From a virus (Duplodnaviria > Caudoviricetes): a stretch of DNA of 64,000 bases. A program made the position numbers and the translations under genes. Each line of letters opens with the position of its first letter. The stretch's first letter is position 1. Below are positions 29,431 through 38,335 of this stretch, piece by piece. Where the stretch lies: positions 1 through 64,000 of the IMG/VR virus record IMGVR_UViG_3300017989_000087. One strand, 5' to 3'. The notes beneath the pieces were generated by a model. It had not been told where the DNA came from and ran no database searches. It saw only the letters and a list, made by a program, of their open reading frames with translations.

Positions 29431-30765
29431 ATGATGGAGAAATGTATTGTTATGACAAACAAAAAAAAGAAACATCCGATGGAAGGAAAGATAAGTTCGT
29501 TTACAGTTTTTGCAACTGAGAGATGCAACATGGCATGTGATTACTGCTTCGTTTATGAAATTTATCAAAAAACTGGTCAGCGTTTCCAAGGAAAAGATAT
29601 GAGTTTTGATACAGCTAAAGCAACAGTTGATTTTATGCTCAAGCAAGATGCATATCGTGGAAAGCAAGGTGGAAGAAACGGTAAACTATCGTGGCATTGG
29701 TTTGGTGGTGAACCGACAATAAGAATGGATCTATTGAAAGATACATGGACATATGCAACTGCAAGATCAAAAGAAGCAAATAAAGATATTCGTTGGGGAA
29801 TGACCACTAATGCGGTTGCTCTCGCAAATGATGATATTGCTGATTGGTTTATTACACACCAACCATTTCATTTTTTGATAAGCTTAGATGGTTGGGGTGA
29901 GTCACATGATATGCATAGAAAATTTACCAATGGAAAAGGAAGCTTTGGTGTTATAAAGAAAGGATTGGATAACATAATAAACAAGGTTCCAGAAAAAGAA
30001 TTAGAGATAAGGTGGACGGTATCGCCAGACAACGGTTCTTATGTTTTTGATTCTCTAAAAAAACTTATAAAATATGGTTTTAGAGCATTTGCATTAGATC
30101 CTGTTCATGAAGTAGAATGGTCAGATGAAGATTTGGATGTATATTATGACCAAGTGAGAAAAAGTGCATATATGTTAATGGACTTGCATAGAAAAGGAAT
30201 TCATATTCATTTCAAACCATTAAGAGATGGCGTGAGAGCTATTGCATCTACCATGAAAAGAAGCAACAGAAGATGTGGTATGGGTATGGGCAGTATATCA
30301 GTCACACCAGAAGGCAAGTTAGCTGCATGTCATAGATGGGTTAACAGACCAACAGATAAATACAATTATATTCTTGGTGATGTTTGGAATGGCATTGATT
30401 ATGGCGTTGCTGAAGAGTTCTGGTCGAAATTAAAAGTAGAAAATATAAGAAGTGAAGGATTTAATTGTAAAAATTGCCCGATGAAAGGAGGATGTATTGG
30501 CGGTTGTTTGGTTGTAAATTATGACCAAACGGGGGATATGAATATAATTCCGACAGAGACATGTGTTCATGAAAGAAGAAAATTCCCAATAGCTGCCGAG
30601 ATATATTCTATTATGTCTGCTGAAAAAAATGAGGGATTCTTTAGAAGATATGGACTTCCTCTGCCTTGGTCAGCCAAAAAAGTAGGAGATATAAAAAGAG
30701 AACGTGGTAATAGTAACAATAGTTGCTCTATTAACCCCAAAAATAGAAAACAAAACAAAAAATAA
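29431..30765 (+). CDS. radical SAM/SPASM-domain maturase (start may be 29452)
   Basis: CNMACDYC (Cx3Cx2C), WFGGEP, TTN, ISLDG; SPASM: CGMG..SISVTPEGKLAACH, CKNCPMKGGCIGGC...C. Confidence 0.93.
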   Translation: MMEKCIVMTNKKKKHPMEGKISSFTVFATERCNMACDYCFVYEIYQKTGQRFQGKDMSFDTAKATVDFMLKQDAYRGKQGGRNGKLSWHWFGGEPTIRMDLLKDTWTYATARSKEANKDIRWGMTTNAVALANDDIADWFITHQPFHFLISLDGWGESHDMHRKFTNGKGSFGVIKKGLDNIINKVPEKELEIRWTVSPDNGSYVFDSLKKLIKYGFRAFALDPVHEVEWSDEDLDVYYDQVRKSAYMLMDLHRKGIHIHFKPLRDGVRAIASTMKRSNRRCGMGMGSISVTPEGKLAACHRWVNRPTDKYNYILGDVWNGIDYGVAEEFWSKLKVENIRSEGFNCKNCPMKGGCIGGCLVVNYDQTGDMNIIPTETCVHERRKFPIAAEIYSIMSAEKNEGFFRRYGLPLPWSAKKVGDIKRERGNSNNSCSINPKNRKQNKK

Positions 30766-30782
30766 GGGAAAGTTTTAAATAT
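30764..30782 (+). promoter_or_regulatory. late-type BRE-TATA promoter variant
   Basis: AAGGGAAAGTTTTAAATAT. Confidence 0.65.
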
Positions 30783-30805
30783 GAACAAAGTACAATAATA
30801 TGTAA

Positions 30806-31081
30806 GTGATAACTTTGGCTTCAGATCCAGAAAACAACAATGACAGTATGATGTTTTTGATAAGAACATTGACTACACAGAGTACGGAACAAACGAAAAA
30901 AATGAATGAAATTTCTAAGGATGTTACAGAGATAAGTACCAAGCTTGATTTATTGCCATGTAAAGAACATGCCGAATTTATTAGAGCAAACTCTGAATTT
31001 AGGCTTAAAACACTTGGTTTCTCTGGGGCTATAGCGTTCTTGGTTTCGTTGGCTGTTGTTGTTGTTTCATTTATGTTATAG
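30806..31081 (+). CDS. small membrane protein (holin/hemolysin-XhlA-like topology)
   Basis: Coiled N-half, single C-terminal TM helix LGFSGAIAFLVSLAVVVVSFML. Confidence 0.55.
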   Translation: MITLASDPENNNDSMMFLIRTLTTQSTEQTKKMNEISKDVTEISTKLDLLPCKEHAEFIRANSEFRLKTLGFSGAIAFLVSLAVVVVSFML

Positions 31082-31105
31082 TAAAAAGAGGAAGGTGATT
31101 AAAGA

Positions 31106-31672
31106 ATGGGTGTAACTGCTGCCGATATAAAATGGTACTTAACTGGTGCTAGTTCAGATGGTGGAGCACAGGCTGACCCAGATGCAGCGTTGGGAAACTA
31201 CAGGTCGTCAACTGAAATAACAAATGATAGTATTGAGAACCTGTTTGATAATGTTACTGGTGCTGAAGCAACATCTGGGGATATTGAATACAGATGCATT
31301 TGTATTAAAAATGAAAATGCATCTTCAAAGAATTGGTACAACGTTAAGTTCTTCATACAAACCAATACTCCTTCAGGCGATTCTTCGATAGAATTTGCTG
31401 TTGAGGCTGCCGAAGATGGAGACAGCGATGGAAGTGCTCAAACCATAGGTGACGAATCCACATCACCAACTGTTGGAACTGGAAGCGTTTCCGCTTGGGG
31501 TTCTGGAACAACATATGCTGGCGGTGTGGGGGTTAATCAAGGAGCACACGATGCCAATCTCGATGCTGGCGAACTTATATTCTTATGGCTCAAAAGAACT
31601 ATTGGTTCTGCTGCGAGTGCGTATGATGCGGATAATGTTGTTATGAGAGCACAGGGAGAAGCTACAGCATAA
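31106..31672 (+). CDS. virion protein, stand-alone paralogue of the N-domain of the 23616 ORF
   Basis: DIKWYLTGASSDG..Q.DP..ALG..RSS.EI...NLFDNV...EA.SGD.EYRCICIKN shared with the 23616 ORF. Confidence 0.8.
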   Translation: MGVTAADIKWYLTGASSDGGAQADPDAALGNYRSSTEITNDSIENLFDNVTGAEATSGDIEYRCICIKNENASSKNWYNVKFFIQTNTPSGDSSIEFAVEAAEDGDSDGSAQTIGDESTSPTVGTGSVSAWGSGTTYAGGVGVNQGAHDANLDAGELIFLWLKRTIGSAASAYDADNVVMRAQGEATA

Positions 31673-31767
31673 TCATCTTTCTCTTTAATAGAGCTGATGA
31701 ATAAAATATGTGAGGTTATTTCCTTGTGTTATCCAATACCCACTATATTCTTTTATGAGGTGTTCTA

Positions 31768-34700
31768 GTGTCTACTAATTTAAAAATGGAATGGGGCACT
31801 TGGACAACTGTCGGAACTTCGTGGGAAAGCAAATCTTGGTCGTTGTCTTGGGACGATGCGCCAAGAGTTGTGGCATCAATAGAAGCTAATATTAGTTCTA
31901 CATATAATTCTGCTATTGTTGAAATTAAAGATGTAACAACTAGTGGATGCAGCGTAAGAGTTAGAAACGTAACTTCTATTGGTGGAGCTTGGGATATAAC
32001 TAGTGCCACAATTCACTATATTGCTGCCGAAGATACTGGCACATCAACCGATTATGTTCTTCCCGGCACTAGTGTTAAGGTACAAGTGGGGCAATTTTCT
32101 GATACAGATGTTGACAACAGCGGTAGTTGGACAACCGATGGAAACGTGACTATGTATCCATCGTTTACTGGTACACCCGCTGTTTTGGCTACAAGAACCA
32201 CACATAATGATAGTGATTGGTCATCACCTTGGTCGTGTAAAACGGGTTCTAGTTCAGACCCACCAACAGCAACAGATGGTGATTGTCATATTCATCATCA
32301 AGACGCACAAGATGCAAATGGAGATTTTTCAACCGCTGATTATATTGATTATATGATTATTGATGAATCATCAAATTTTGATTTAACAAGAACCGATGAC
32401 ACAAGCACAAAAGCAACCGTTTTGGTTTCCTCCGACTCTGTTCAAGGGATTGACAATAGTGCTTCTGGGTATAATGTTGCCCATAGTTTATCATCGGACC
32501 CAACGGTTGCGGTTGGTTCTCAGGTTTCTATGGATGGTTCACATGGTTCGTGGTGTCATACAAAATCAATAGATAGCACAAACGTTGTATGTTGGGCAAT
32601 GGAAACTTATGGTGGTAGTGAAAGATCACATGCGGATGAACAGATGGCATACTTTTGTTTGGTTGATGCTGGTGAATATGAATTATACACAACCGATGAT
32701 CTTACAGTAAAGTGGAATATGTATGAAGAAGATGCTTGGTTATCTGGATGGGAATATAGAAAGAAAATATCTATTACTGGTCAATCTGGTTCTGGAACAA
32801 ATTATCAAGTAAAATTATTGGTTGGTGAAAGCTCTGGTTCTTCTGGTGACGATTTTCATTTAGAGGACAACTGTACAGATTTTCCCAATGATATAAGATT
32901 TACTTCGAGCGATGGAGAAACTTTGTTAGATCATTGGCATGAAAAAACAGAAGGTTCTGGTTCAAATGAAGTTGCTACATTCTGGGTCGAAGTTGCTGCT
33001 AATTTAGATACAGATCAAGATATATATATTTATTATGGCAAAAGTGGAGAATCCTCTGCAAGCAATGGCGATGATACATTTTTATTGTTTGATGATTTTT
33101 CTGATGGTGATGCGTCAAATTGGACCGAGTCTGAAGGAGATGGAACGTATCAAGAAACAGGAGGTTATATGGAATTAAAGATTGCCGATGGTTCCGCTTC
33201 TATATATGAAACGCTTGAAAGCGATTTTACATTTACGGGCCAAAATTCTGAAACAATGGCATTGGTTGAAGAAACCCAACATTGGGATAGAGGAAGATAT
33301 GCAGAAATAAGAGTTCATAAAGATGCAAATAATAGTCTTACGATTATGCCACTTGATGCAGATTATAATTCTGTTCGATTAAGAGAATATGGCGGTGGAT
33401 CAGCAGATTATGTTCAAGATACTAGTGCTGGATTATTAACAAAAAACGTTGAATATAGATTTGCAATGAGCTGTGATGGAACAGATCTCAAAGAAACCAT
33501 ATATGATGAAGACAATGATGCAACGTGGGAAACGCAAACCAACAATCTTGATTATTTCTCTTGGGATACCGAGAGTGAATATTATATTGCGCTTAGTGCG
33601 GGCCATTGGGGAACTGGTAGTGGAGGCGATGGATATGTTACAGATCATTGGAAATGGGTTGCCGTAAGAAAATATAACACAACCGAACCAGCGTTTAGTA
33701 GTGCTGGAAATGAAACCATTGCTGAACTTGAAACAGTTAAATGGGATATATGGAGCACACTATATGAGGATTATACATTTGATTGGGACATATGGAGTAT
33801 GTTATATGAGGATCTTACTCCAAAATGGAACATTCTTGAATATATAACAGAAGACGAGACTTTAAAATGGGACATTTGGTCTAGTGTTTATGAAGATGAA
33901 ACACTAAAGTGGAGCATGTTTGAATATTTATATGAGGATGAAACACTAAAGTGGGATATACTGAACACCTTATATGAAGATCAAACTTATAAATGGTTTA
34001 TATTCAGCGAATTGACTGAAGACGAAACTTTGAAGTGGGATATATATTCATCGTTGTATGAGGATATAACCGCAAAGTGGAACATATTAGAATACATGTA
34101 TGAGGATGAAACATTAAAGTGGGATATACTTGAATACTTTACTGAGGATCAAACATACAAGTGGGACATACTGAATACGCTTTATGAAGACACCACATTT
34201 AAATGGTTTATTTTTAATTCATTGTTTGAGGATCAGACATTTAAATGGGATATATATTCGTCTGTATATGAAGACCAAACGTATAAGTGGAATATTTATG
34301 AATTTATAACCGAAGATGAAACATTAAAGTGGGATATTCTAGAATATATATATGAGGATGAAACCATAAAATGGGATATCTGGAACTCTCTGTATGAAGA
34401 TGAGACTCTGAAATGGGATATCTGGAGTTCTTTGTATGAGGACACAACGTATAAGTGGGATATATTATCAACACTCTATGAAGACCAGACTTATAAATGG
34501 AATATAAAAGAGTTTATAACAGAAGACGAAACTTTAAAATGGAATATCCTTAATAACGTGTATGAAGATCAGAAATTCAAATGGGATATATATAACAGCT
34601 TGTATGAAGATTATACATTAAAATGGAACATATGGAATAGCGTATATGAGGATCAAACATTTAAATGGGATTTGCTTGGTTTTATATATGAAGATTCAAC

Positions 34701-36090
34701 ATTGAAATGGGATATATTTGAATTTATAACTGAAGACCAAACCTATAAATGGAATATACTAAATGACATTTATGAAGACCAGACTTTAAAATGGTATATA
34801 TGGAATAGCGTCTATGAAGACCAAACGTATAAATGGCACATATGGAATAGTTTATATGAAGATCAAACATTTAAATGGAACATCTTCTCGTTCTTGTTTG
34901 AAGACAGCACATTAAAATGGAACATCCGTGAATTTATCAGCGAAGACGAAACATTGAAATGGGACATACTCAATTTCATTTATGAGGACCAAACATATAA
35001 GTGGGACATATGGAATTCTGTTTATGGTGATCAAACATACAAGTGGTTTATTTATGGTTCATTATATGAAGATCAAACGTTTAAATGGAATTTATTTAGT
35101 TTCGTACATGAGGACGAAACTCTAAAGTGGAATATAACCAGTTCTCTTATTCTAGAAGATCAAACATTCAAATGGTCAATTAGAAATGTGGTTTATGAAG
35201 ATGAAACATTTAAATGGGACATATTAAATACATTGTCCGAAGATTATACATTCAAGTGGAACTTGTTTGAATTTATGAATGAAGATCAAACTCATAAGTG
35301 GGATATAAGAAATACAATGAATGAAGATCAAACTTATAAGTGGAACATATTTGCGTTTATGCAAGAAGACAATACGTTCAAGTGGGATATACGATCATTT
35401 ATAAATGAAGATCAAACTTTGAAGTGGGACATACTTGAATTCATAAACGATGATAACACTTTTAAATGGGATATATATTCAACATTATATGAGAGCCAAA
35501 CCCTAAAATGGAATATCCTTGAATCATTTATATTTGATTCACAGATATTGAAATGGGATATAAGAAATACTATGTCGAAAGATGAAACAATCAAATGGCA
35601 CATTTATGAAACCATATCAGAGGATGCTTCATTCAAGTGGGAAATAAGAGAGTTCGTGTCGGAAGACACCACATTAAAATGGAGCATATTTAAATATATA
35701 CTTGAAGATTTAACTGTAAAATATAATATACTTGGAAGAGCACCATACATAGGTTTAACGGCAGAATTGTTTGATAGAAGTATAATACTTGACATGCTCG
35801 ACAGAAATATATTTGCAATTGAACAGATGGACAATGATATATCAGAACTTCTTTATGACAGATCAATATCAACCGAATCTGATTCAAAATCAATAACATT
35901 GAAAGTTAATGACAGAGACATTACTTTGAGTGTGGAAGATAGGGATATGATAGAAATTGGAGAAGATAGAGACATATCCGTAATGATTCAGGTGGATGAT
36001 TCGAAGACTGAAATGGTTGAAGATAGAGACATAATAGAAGAAACGGAAGACAAATCATTGATTGAAGAGGTATATCAAGAGAGCGATTAG
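31768..36090 (+). CDS. giant fibre/adhesin: lectin-like N-region, DUF2341-like module, 14-aa Trp-repeat shaft, 9-aa DR repeats
   Basis: WLSGWEYRKKISI...DIRFT..DG...ATFWV...IYIYYG...NGDDTFLLFDDF (DUF2341-like); repeats read directly. Confidence 0.8.
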   Translation: MSTNLKMEWGTWTTVGTSWESKSWSLSWDDAPRVVASIEANISSTYNSAIVEIKDVTTSGCSVRVRNVTSIGGAWDITSATIHYIAAEDTGTSTDYVLPGTSVKVQVGQFSDTDVDNSGSWTTDGNVTMYPSFTGTPAVLATRTTHNDSDWSSPWSCKTGSSSDPPTATDGDCHIHHQDAQDANGDFSTADYIDYMIIDESSNFDLTRTDDTSTKATVLVSSDSVQGIDNSASGYNVAHSLSSDPTVAVGSQVSMDGSHGSWCHTKSIDSTNVVCWAMETYGGSERSHADEQMAYFCLVDAGEYELYTTDDLTVKWNMYEEDAWLSGWEYRKKISITGQSGSGTNYQVKLLVGESSGSSGDDFHLEDNCTDFPNDIRFTSSDGETLLDHWHEKTEGSGSNEVATFWVEVAANLDTDQDIYIYYGKSGESSASNGDDTFLLFDDFSDGDASNWTESEGDGTYQETGGYMELKIADGSASIYETLESDFTFTGQNSETMALVEETQHWDRGRYAEIRVHKDANNSLTIMPLDADYNSVRLREYGGGSADYVQDTSAGLLTKNVEYRFAMSCDGTDLKETIYDEDNDATWETQTNNLDYFSWDTESEYYIALSAGHWGTGSGGDGYVTDHWKWVAVRKYNTTEPAFSSAGNETIAELETVKWDIWSTLYEDYTFDWDIWSMLYEDLTPKWNILEYITEDETLKWDIWSSVYEDETLKWSMFEYLYEDETLKWDILNTLYEDQTYKWFIFSELTEDETLKWDIYSSLYEDITAKWNILEYMYEDETLKWDILEYFTEDQTYKWDILNTLYEDTTFKWFIFNSLFEDQTFKWDIYSSVYEDQTYKWNIYEFITEDETLKWDILEYIYEDETIKWDIWNSLYEDETLKWDIWSSLYEDTTYKWDILSTLYEDQTYKWNIKEFITEDETLKWNILNNVYEDQKFKWDIYNSLYEDYTLKWNIWNSVYEDQTFKWDLLGFIYEDSTLKWDIFEFITEDQTYKWNILNDIYEDQTLKWYIWNSVYEDQTYKWHIWNSLYEDQTFKWNIFSFLFEDSTLKWNIREFISEDETLKWDILNFIYEDQTYKWDIWNSVYGDQTYKWFIYGSLYEDQTFKWNLFSFVHEDETLKWNITSSLILEDQTFKWSIRNVVYEDETFKWDILNTLSEDYTFKWNLFEFMNEDQTHKWDIRNTMNEDQTYKWNIFAFMQEDNTFKWDIRSFINEDQTLKWDILEFINDDNTFKWDIYSTLYESQTLKWNILESFIFDSQILKWDIRNTMSKDETIKWHIYETISEDASFKWEIREFVSEDTTLKWSIFKYILEDLTVKYNILGRAPYIGLTAELFDRSIILDMLDRNIFAIEQMDNDISELLYDRSISTESDSKSITLKVNDRDITLSVEDRDMIEIGEDRDISVMIQVDDSKTEMVEDRDIIEETEDKSLIEEVYQESD
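33730..35735 (+). repeat. ~47-48 copies of 14-aa repeat KW[DN]Ixxx[LIV]YEDxT[LFY] (42-nt period)
   Basis: Counted in the translation. Confidence 0.92.
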
Positions 36091-36137
36091 CGAAAAATTT
36101 ATAAGAGACAAAAGTAATATGTATTGGAGGAATATAA

Positions 36138-36458
36138 ATGGTTGAAAATTTAACTGTAAAAGAAGGTGATTATTCTTATTACATAAATTTTACTCTGCAA
36201 GAAGCAGATGAAACAGCACTCGATTTAACAGATGCCTCATCTATAAAATTCAAAGTCAAGGATACGGATGCATCAAGTCTCAAGGTTGATGGCACATGTT
36301 CTGTTGTTAATGCTACATCTGGTACTTGTAGATATCTGGTACAGAGTGGCGATTTTGATACTGAGAACGACTACAAAGCAGAGGTAGAAGTCACATATAC
36401 GAGTGGAAAGGTCTTGACAACAAAGACATTTTATGTTTTCGTTAAGGAAGATCTTTAG
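36138..36458 (+). CDS. BppU N-terminal-like domain protein
   Basis: VKEGD...INFTLQE..LDLTDASSIKF...G.CRY....DFDT..DY.AEVEVTY..GK..T pattern. Confidence 0.65.
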   Translation: MVENLTVKEGDYSYYINFTLQEADETALDLTDASSIKFKVKDTDASSLKVDGTCSVVNATSGTCRYLVQSGDFDTENDYKAEVEVTYTSGKVLTTKTFYVFVKEDL

Positions 36459-36503
36459 TAACATTTATATATGAAGTAATGTATAAGTATTTGAGGTGTT
36501 AAT

Positions 36504-36737
36504 TTGGCAATACCCGGAATATATGTTTTGGCAGCCACACTCATTACGTTTATATTGGGTGTAATAGCTGATAAGAAGTTTTGGTCTAATAGTGTGAATG
36601 TTCTTGCAGAATTCTCTGACGTTGTTTTTAAGGTTAGAGCTGCGGTTGAAGATGAAACCATAACCGAAGAAGAACTAAGAGAAATAATGAAAGAGGTAAA
36701 TGAACTTATTGATGCAATAGAAGAAGCATGTGATTAA
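36504..36737 (+). CDS. small membrane protein (holin-like)
   Basis: N-terminal TM helix then amphipathic EDETITEEE helix; last gene of late block. Confidence 0.55.
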   Translation: MAIPGIYVLAATLITFILGVIADKKFWSNSVNVLAEFSDVVFKVRAAVEDETITEEELREIMKEVNELIDAIEEACD

Positions 36738-36743
36738 TTTTTT

Positions 36744-37001
36744 TTAATCAATCATTTCTTTTTTTATTGTAACACTTATCCTTCCATTGACATCTGTTTC
36801 TTCTAAGAATGTTTCTCCTATACTAATTGATACGCCTTCTACGGGCTGTCCTTCTGAGTCTTGAACAACAATTTCAAAAGGCGAATCAAACCATATACGA
36901 GTTGGAAGAAAGGGATAGAGCTTGCCTTTTTCATGTATTGTGTGCTGTCTTTCTTCAGTTATAAAACCTTCTTTTTCAAATCTAAATATAACATCTACCA
37001 T
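36744..37001 (-). CDS. small beta-sandwich protein (carboxypeptidase-regulatory-like domain)
   Basis: VVQDSEGQPVEGVSISIG....ETDVNGRISV; paralogous to the N-terminus of the 37197 ORF. Confidence 0.6.
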   Translation of the reverse strand: MVDVIFRFEKEGFITEERQHTIHEKGKLYPFLPTRIWFDSPFEIVVQDSEGQPVEGVSISIGETFLEETDVNGRISVTIKKEMID

Positions 37002-37016
37002 TTTCACCACCTCCAT

Positions 37017-37187
37017 TCAAATTATATTTATAACCCTGTCGTTATCTATTTTATAATAGTTTAAATTTTCTAAAAAAACAAAAGTGTGGTTATGAGTTTC
37101 ATACACCAAACCAGTTGCTTCTCTTCTAGATCCCAATAGATCATAAAATATAACTCTCTTTGTAGAATTATATACTATCAATCTCAA
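37017..37187 (-). CDS. small hypothetical protein (56 aa, not in ORF track)
   Basis: TTG start with GAGGTG RBS; MRLIVYNSTKRVIFYDLLG...IIII*. Confidence 0.5.
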   Translation of the reverse strand: MRLIVYNSTKRVIFYDLLGSRREATGLVYETHNHTFVFLENLNYYKIDNDRVINII

Positions 37188-37196
37188 TTTAACACC

Positions 37197-38123
37197 TCAT
37201 GGTCTTTTAACAGATTCTGCATTTATTTGTGGTTGGTGAAGCTGACCAACTGCCCATTCGCCCGTGTTATTTAACAAATCCTTTTGAAACCAGTATAAGT
37301 GATTATTTTTCATATCTTCTCTCTCTTGCCAAGTTTGCCAACAATGAACATTAGGATTTATTGCTCTAAGTTTTTTTCTACATTTTGGACAGAATACCCA
37401 ATTGTTTCTGCACATTATACATGGGTATGCGTAATTATTCATTTTATCTTTTCCACCACCATGATCTGGCAATGTGCTGTAATCTTCATCATGATACATA
37501 TTGCCTATGTCGTGACCCAACTCGTGCCATGCCAAACCAAGGTTTCTGAAGTGGTGCTTATGTGCATTTGGTCTGTTATAAACTTCATCTATAGCTTTTG
37601 AAAGCTGAAATCTAAATGCTACTTGCGAACTGCCATGCATATCAACATGGTCAAACATTGTCAAAAACTCAGGAACAGATACTGGTATTTCATATTTTTC
37701 TTTTAATAGAGACATGCTTGTAATTGGATGTATAAACGATTCTTCATCGGCGTATGTGGTGCTAACTTCAGAGTATTCTTCTGGTGTTAAAAACAACATA
37801 TAATATCCCGGTTCAAACCCTGCCATTCTGAATGGATATGACAACATATGTATCATTTGATCTGATATTAATTGTCTCTTTTCTTTATTTGTATAACCAA
37901 GCATAATTAGCAATTCATTTTTGTTTCCTTCATGATAATGAAATTTGATGTCACCACGTATTGTTATTGTTATGTTTCCATGTTCATCGGTTTTGCCTTT
38001 GAATATATCATCAACATATGTTTTGACATCCTCAATAGGGTTTGAACTATCGTCCTCTATATTTATAATGAAAGGATTATCATATTTGATAATCTCGGGC
38101 ATATCAATTAACATTATTAACAC
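37197..38123 (-). CDS. archaemetzincin-like zinc metalloprotease with N-terminal beta-sandwich
   Basis: HELGHDIGNMYH zincin motif, then CIM (Met-turn) and FCPKC. Confidence 0.75.
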   Translation of the reverse strand: MLIMLIDMPEIIKYDNPFIINIEDDSSNPIEDVKTYVDDIFKGKTDEHGNITITIRGDIKFHYHEGNKNELLIMLGYTNKEKRQLISDQMIHMLSYPFRMAGFEPGYYMLFLTPEEYSEVSTTYADEESFIHPITSMSLLKEKYEIPVSVPEFLTMFDHVDMHGSSQVAFRFQLSKAIDEVYNRPNAHKHHFRNLGLAWHELGHDIGNMYHDEDYSTLPDHGGGKDKMNNYAYPCIMCRNNWVFCPKCRKKLRAINPNVHCWQTWQEREDMKNNHLYWFQKDLLNNTGEWAVGQLHQPQINAESVKRP

Positions 38124-38335
38124 GTTATGCTAAGATCATATGGATCAACACGAACATATCCGCTTCCATTGCATACAGGACATTTGTGTACCTTGTGATC
38201 GCTTGTTTCTATCCAACCCTTTCCATTACAACCATGACAGGGTTTGCTTCTGTCATAATTCCAATAATTGTCGTATGGGTATATCCAATCAAACGAAGCA
38301 TCTCCGGTTCCATTATCATATCTGTACAACATCAT
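38117..38335 (-). CDS. DnaJ-type zinc-finger protein
   Basis: CHGCNGKG and CPVCNGSG (CxxCxGxG x2). Confidence 0.75.
   Translation of the reverse strand: MMLYRYDNGTGDASFDWIYPYDNYWNYDRSKPCHGCNGKGWIETSDHKVHKCPVCNGSGYVRVDPYDLSITC

Noticed and set aside
27866-29667. Alternative-frame and antisense ORFs rich in His/Asn/Met/Val over the Cys-rich genes
   Set aside because: Shadows of the TGTGAT (Cys-Asp) codon repetition; no RBS, and they overlap well-coupled genes.
29431-30765. Radical SAM enzyme as an anaerobic sulfatase maturase for the sulfatase-like ORF at 59424
   Set aside because: That domain lacks the C/S-x-P-x-R formylglycine motif (has T-L-P-S), lies ~30 kb away on the other strand, and the rSAM is directly behind the Cys-rich ORFs. 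Disfavoured, not excluded.
31681-31730. CTGATGA after a small hairpin as a hammerhead ribozyme core
   Set aside because: No GAAA after the putative stem II and no stem III.
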